Below are positions 60,972 to 64,000 of a stretch of DNA of 64,000 bases, one piece after another. The stretch's first letter is position 1. Each line of letters starts with the position of its first letter. This DNA comes from an uncultured Chloroflexia bacterium (GTDB taxonomy: Bacteria; Chloroflexota; Anaerolineae; JAAYZQ01). The DNA lies in contig CAVOXA010000009.1 of the NCBI GenBank assembly GCA_963700285.1, positions 256,001-320,000 on the forward strand, given 5' to 3'. Under the pieces are notes generated by a model. It was not told the DNA's origin. It saw only the letters and a program-made list of their open reading frames with translations, and made no database searches. A program made the position numbers and the translations under genes.

Positions 60972-61469
60972 ATGAACGAGAAGATGGAGATCATCGCGAA
61001 GCTGAGAGACGTGTTCGACCGCTGGCAGCAGCTCCTGGCCGGCATAAGTGAGGAGCAGATCACGGCCCCTCTCGCTCCCTCCACCTGGTCTACCCAAGAC
61101 GTGATCGCCCACCTGTGGGCCTGGCAGCAGCTTTCCATTGCCCGCCTGGAGGCCGCCCTGCTCAACCGGGAACCCGAATTTTCGCTGTGGCCCGGGGAGA
61201 TGGAACCAGAGGCGGAGGAGGAGGTGGACCGGATCAATGCCTGGGTCTATGAGGCCAACTGCGCGCGGCCCTGGCCGAGCGTGTACCGAGACTGGCAGGA
61301 AGGGTTTCTCCGGTTCCTGGAACTGGCCGAGACCGTTCCGGAAGAGGACCTGATGGACCCGGAGCGATACCCCTGGCTGGGCGGGTACCCCCTCCACGCC
61401 GTGCTCGTGGGCTCTTGTGAGCATCATCTTGAGGATCATCTGGAGCCGTTGCTGGCCGCCGGTCGCTAG
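60972..61469 (+). CDS. DinB/ClbS-DfsB four-helix-bundle protein
   Basis: 'WSTQDVIAHLWAWQ', 'INAW', 'EHH.EDH'. Confidence 0.85.
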   Translation: MNEKMEIIAKLRDVFDRWQQLLAGISEEQITAPLAPSTWSTQDVIAHLWAWQQLSIARLEAALLNREPEFSLWPGEMEPEAEEEVDRINAWVYEANCARPWPSVYRDWQEGFLRFLELAETVPEEDLMDPERYPWLGGYPLHAVLVGSCEHHLEDHLEPLLAAGR

Positions 61470-61706
61470 TGACCCTTCACGAAACAGACATTGGCTTTTC
61501 CCTGCTCAAGGTAGGTCCGTGACCTGGCGATTTCTGCTCCTTTCAGCGTGAAGAATCGGGTCACGGACCCGATGAGAGCGACTATGGTGCCCACATCTGT
61601 GGTGTGAAGCGGCACGCCGTCTAACCCCAGACTGGACACCTGCCCAGAAGTAGGGTATCATACGCGCTGTATCCAGCCTATACACTCCATCGCAGGAGGC
61701 AAAACC

Positions 61707-62780
61707 ATGGATGAGACTGCAGAACTGCTAAAAGCCATCACCGAGGCCGACGGCGTGCCCGGCTACGAGAGCGACATCCGGGCCATCATGCGCGAGTACC
61801 TGGAGGACGTCGCCGTCATCCAGCAGGACAAGATGGGCAGCTTTATCGGATCGCACGCCGGCGCCGGCGAAGACGCGCCTCGGGTGATGCTGGCCGGCCA
61901 CATGGATGAGATCGGCTTTATGGTCCGCCACATCAGCAAGGAGGGCTTTGTCAAGTTCCTGCCGCTGGGCGGCTGGTGGGACCAGGTCCTGCTGGGCCAC
62001 CGGGTGCGCATCAAGACTTCCAAGGGCGACGTCCTGGGCGTGCTGGGGGCCAAGCCGCCGCACCTGCTGAGCGGGGATGAGGCGAAAAAGCTGGTCGAGA
62101 AAACGGACATGTACATCGACGTCGGCGCCCGGTCGGAGGAAGAGGTCCGCGAGTTTGGTGTGCGACCCGGCGACCCGATCATTCCCGTCAGTGATTTTGT
62201 GGTCATGGCCAACCCCAGCTTTTATCTGTGCAAGGCATTTGACAACCGCCTGGGCTGCGCGCTGGCCATGCAGGCGCTGCGGCAGGCGGCGGCGGACGGC
62301 CATCCCAACACGGTCTATGCCGTGGGCACCGTCCAGGAGGAGGTGGGGCTGCGCGGGGCCAGGACATCGGCTTTCGCCATCGACCCCGACGTCGGCATCG
62401 TGCTGGAGGTGGACATTGCCGGCGACGTACCGGGCATCAAACCAGAAGAGTCGGCGGTCAAGATGGGCGGCGGGCCGACGATGCTGGTCTATGACAGGAG
62501 CATGATCCCCAACCTGAAGCTGCGCGACCTGGTCATCGCCACCGCCGAGGAACTCGAGATCCCGCTCCAGTTCTCGGCCATGTCCGGCGGGGCGACGGAC
62601 GGCGGCCCCATGCACCTGCACAACGCGGGCGTGCCGACGGTGGTCATTGGCGTGCCGACGCGGCACATCCACAGCCACAATGCCATGATCTGCCGCGAGG
62701 ACTATGACCAGGCACTGACGCTGGTGTCCGCGTTGGTGCAAAAGCTGGATGCGGAGACGGTGGCGGGGCTGACGAGGTAA
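61707..62780 (+). CDS. M42-family aminopeptidase
   Basis: 'GVPGYE', 'AGHMDEIG', 'KAFDNRLG', 'TVQEEVGLRGA', 'GATDG', 'RHIHS'. Confidence 0.95.
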   Translation: MDETAELLKAITEADGVPGYESDIRAIMREYLEDVAVIQQDKMGSFIGSHAGAGEDAPRVMLAGHMDEIGFMVRHISKEGFVKFLPLGGWWDQVLLGHRVRIKTSKGDVLGVLGAKPPHLLSGDEAKKLVEKTDMYIDVGARSEEEVREFGVRPGDPIIPVSDFVVMANPSFYLCKAFDNRLGCALAMQALRQAAADGHPNTVYAVGTVQEEVGLRGARTSAFAIDPDVGIVLEVDIAGDVPGIKPEESAVKMGGGPTMLVYDRSMIPNLKLRDLVIATAEELEIPLQFSAMSGGATDGGPMHLHNAGVPTVVIGVPTRHIHSHNAMICREDYDQALTLVSALVQKLDAETVAGLTR

Positions 62781-62787
62781 ATGTATC

Positions 62788-62934
62788 GCACCGGCATGGA
62801 AGAGCACCGGCCTGGAAGAGCCGGTGCTAGGCGCTGGCTGGAACGTACCTGGAAGAGCCGGTGTGCTAGGGACTGAAATCAACGGAAGTCTGCCCGGCAC
62901 CGCCCGTTTACGGCGGTGCCGGAATCGCACCCAC
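62788..62934 (+). repeat. Dispersed repeat, copy C with tandem partial cores
   Basis: Several (C)TGGAAGAG(C)CGGTGCT units, then a full copy at 62847-62934. Confidence 0.88.
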
Positions 62935-63013
62935 TTGGCGAGAATGCCAGCAAGGGTGCGGGCCGGAGGTCCGAGGGAAAACCCTTAGGGCCTGGATCCA
63001 CTCACGTTGATAT

Positions 63014-63042
63014 TTGCCATATAGGACCACTTTTGCTATAAT
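63014..63042 (+). promoter_or_regulatory. atp operon promoter
   Basis: TTGCCA-17 nt-TATAAT. Confidence 0.7.
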
Positions 63043-63120
63043 TCCGCGGGCACCCAGCAAGCCGACATTCAGTCCGACGGCGTACAGTCGGAGGTCAGCA
63101 AAGCCCGCACAAGGAGCCGG

Positions 63121-63471
63121 ATGCAGGTGAAAAAACGGCAAGCATTGGGTCTGGCCATGAACATGAGCTGGACCATGCTGTTCTCACTCCTGATTCCCCT
63201 GCTGGCCGGCGTCTGGCTTGACAAGAAACTGGGAACCGCCCCGCTTTTTATCCTGATCGGGGCTATCCTGGGCATATCAGCGGCCACAATCGGGGTCGCG
63301 CGCATGACCATCCGTACCTTTGGCAAGACGACCGCGGCCTACGACGCTGTAAAGGAAGCAGCGCTGCTGGAGGATAGCCCAACCATCTCTGGTCCAGAGG
63401 CCGGGTGGGAGCAGCAAGCAGAAACCAACGAGCTTGTCCAGAGCGAAGGCGAAGGAAAGGACTCGCCCTGA
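63121..63471 (+). CDS. AtpZ/AtpI-family ATP synthase accessory protein
   Basis: 'GVWLDKKLGTAPLFILIG'; directly upstream of atpB. Confidence 0.85.
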   Translation: MQVKKRQALGLAMNMSWTMLFSLLIPLLAGVWLDKKLGTAPLFILIGAILGISAATIGVARMTIRTFGKTTAAYDAVKEAALLEDSPTISGPEAGWEQQAETNELVQSEGEGKDSP

Positions 63472-63519
63472 GTTTATCCCGAGTCCTCGAGGAACCTAGC
63501 CGAAGGAGGCAATAGCGTA

Positions 63520-64000
63520 GTGTCTATGCTTCGATCACGCAAATTCCTGATTGGCGCGGCCATTGTCATTGCCGTGGCCGTGATGCTGATCATCCTGCCC
63601 ATCCCCAGCGTCACCCTGGCCGACATCTCCATCCCCGCCGAAGCGGTCCTGCACGTGGGTGGGATCACCATCACCAACACCATGCTCTCCTCCTGGCTGA
63701 CCATGATCGTGCTCATCGTCGCCGGCTGGCTCATCTGCCGCAATATGACCGAGGTTCCCGGCCGCTGGCAGGGCTTCTTGGAGATCTTGACCGAGTTCTT
63801 TTACGGGCTGGTGGAGGGCGCGGCGGAGAAAAAGTGGGCGCGGCGGTTCTTTCCCATTGTCATGACCCTCTTTCTCTTTATCATCGTCTCCAACTGGTTG
63901 GGGCTGACACCCCTCTTTGGCAGTTGGGGCCCCTTGCACCACGCCCACGAGGGCAAAGAAGGCCAGTCGGTCCAGTGGCTCAATGAGTCCAAGACCCTGG
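63520..64000 (+). CDS. atpB: F0F1 ATP synthase subunit a (partial, runs off window)
   Basis: Manual translation ...ITNTMLSSWL...VPGRWQGFLE...FFPIVMTLFLFIIVSNWLGLTP...; RBS AAGGAGG. Confidence 0.92.
   Translation, partial: MSMLRSRKFLIGAAIVIAVAVMLIILPIPSVTLADISIPAEAVLHVGGITITNTMLSSWLTMIVLIVAGWLICRNMTEVPGRWQGFLEILTEFFYGLVEGAAEKKWARRFFPIVMTLFLFIIVSNWLGLTPLFGSWGPLHHAHEGKEGQSVQWLNESKTL

Noticed and set aside
56823-62934. CRISPR or integron attC array
   Set aside because: Spacing is in kilobases, there are no RYYYAAC/GTTRRRY cores, and no integrase or cas gene is in the window.

Overview
Bacterial chromosomal window, GC-rich. Gene families, REP types and GAAC-N4-GTKC boxes suggest Chloroflexota/Anaerolineae (inference). 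Many genes carry single-base frameshifts, which look like uncorrected long-read indels. From left to right: (1) membrane genes; (2) a GAF-GAF/HisKA_2 kinase and an ANTAR response regulator, followed by a sigma70 promoter, a dual-hexaloop/terminator RNA leader and an atypical split glutamate-synthase-like operon; (3) a CBS protein and a DUF1998 (MrfA/Hrq1-like) helicase with a SOS-like box; (4) an 18-kb IclR-associated catabolic cluster (amidase, ATCase, two xanthine-dehydrogenase-family enzymes, cyclic amidohydrolase, IorAB, ADP-forming acyl-CoA ligase, HisC-type aminotransferase); (5) a minus-strand run of accessory enzymes ending in a radical-SAM/HhH repair gene with a SOS-like box; (6) an orphan attenuator-like transcript, then an MFS, a methyltransferase, three GNATs and a RIO kinase; (7) an IS1634 remnant and an intact ISH3-like IS that truncates a Type IIG/IIL RM gene; (8) a secreted repeat protein with an S74 chaperone domain between dispersed repeats; (9) DUF1801, DinB-like and M42 genes and the start of the atp operon. 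I saw no rRNA, tRNA, CRISPR array or reverse transcriptase. The best novelty candidates are the ANTAR-controlled glutamate-synthase module with variant (C1/G4) loops and the N-heterocycle catabolic cluster.
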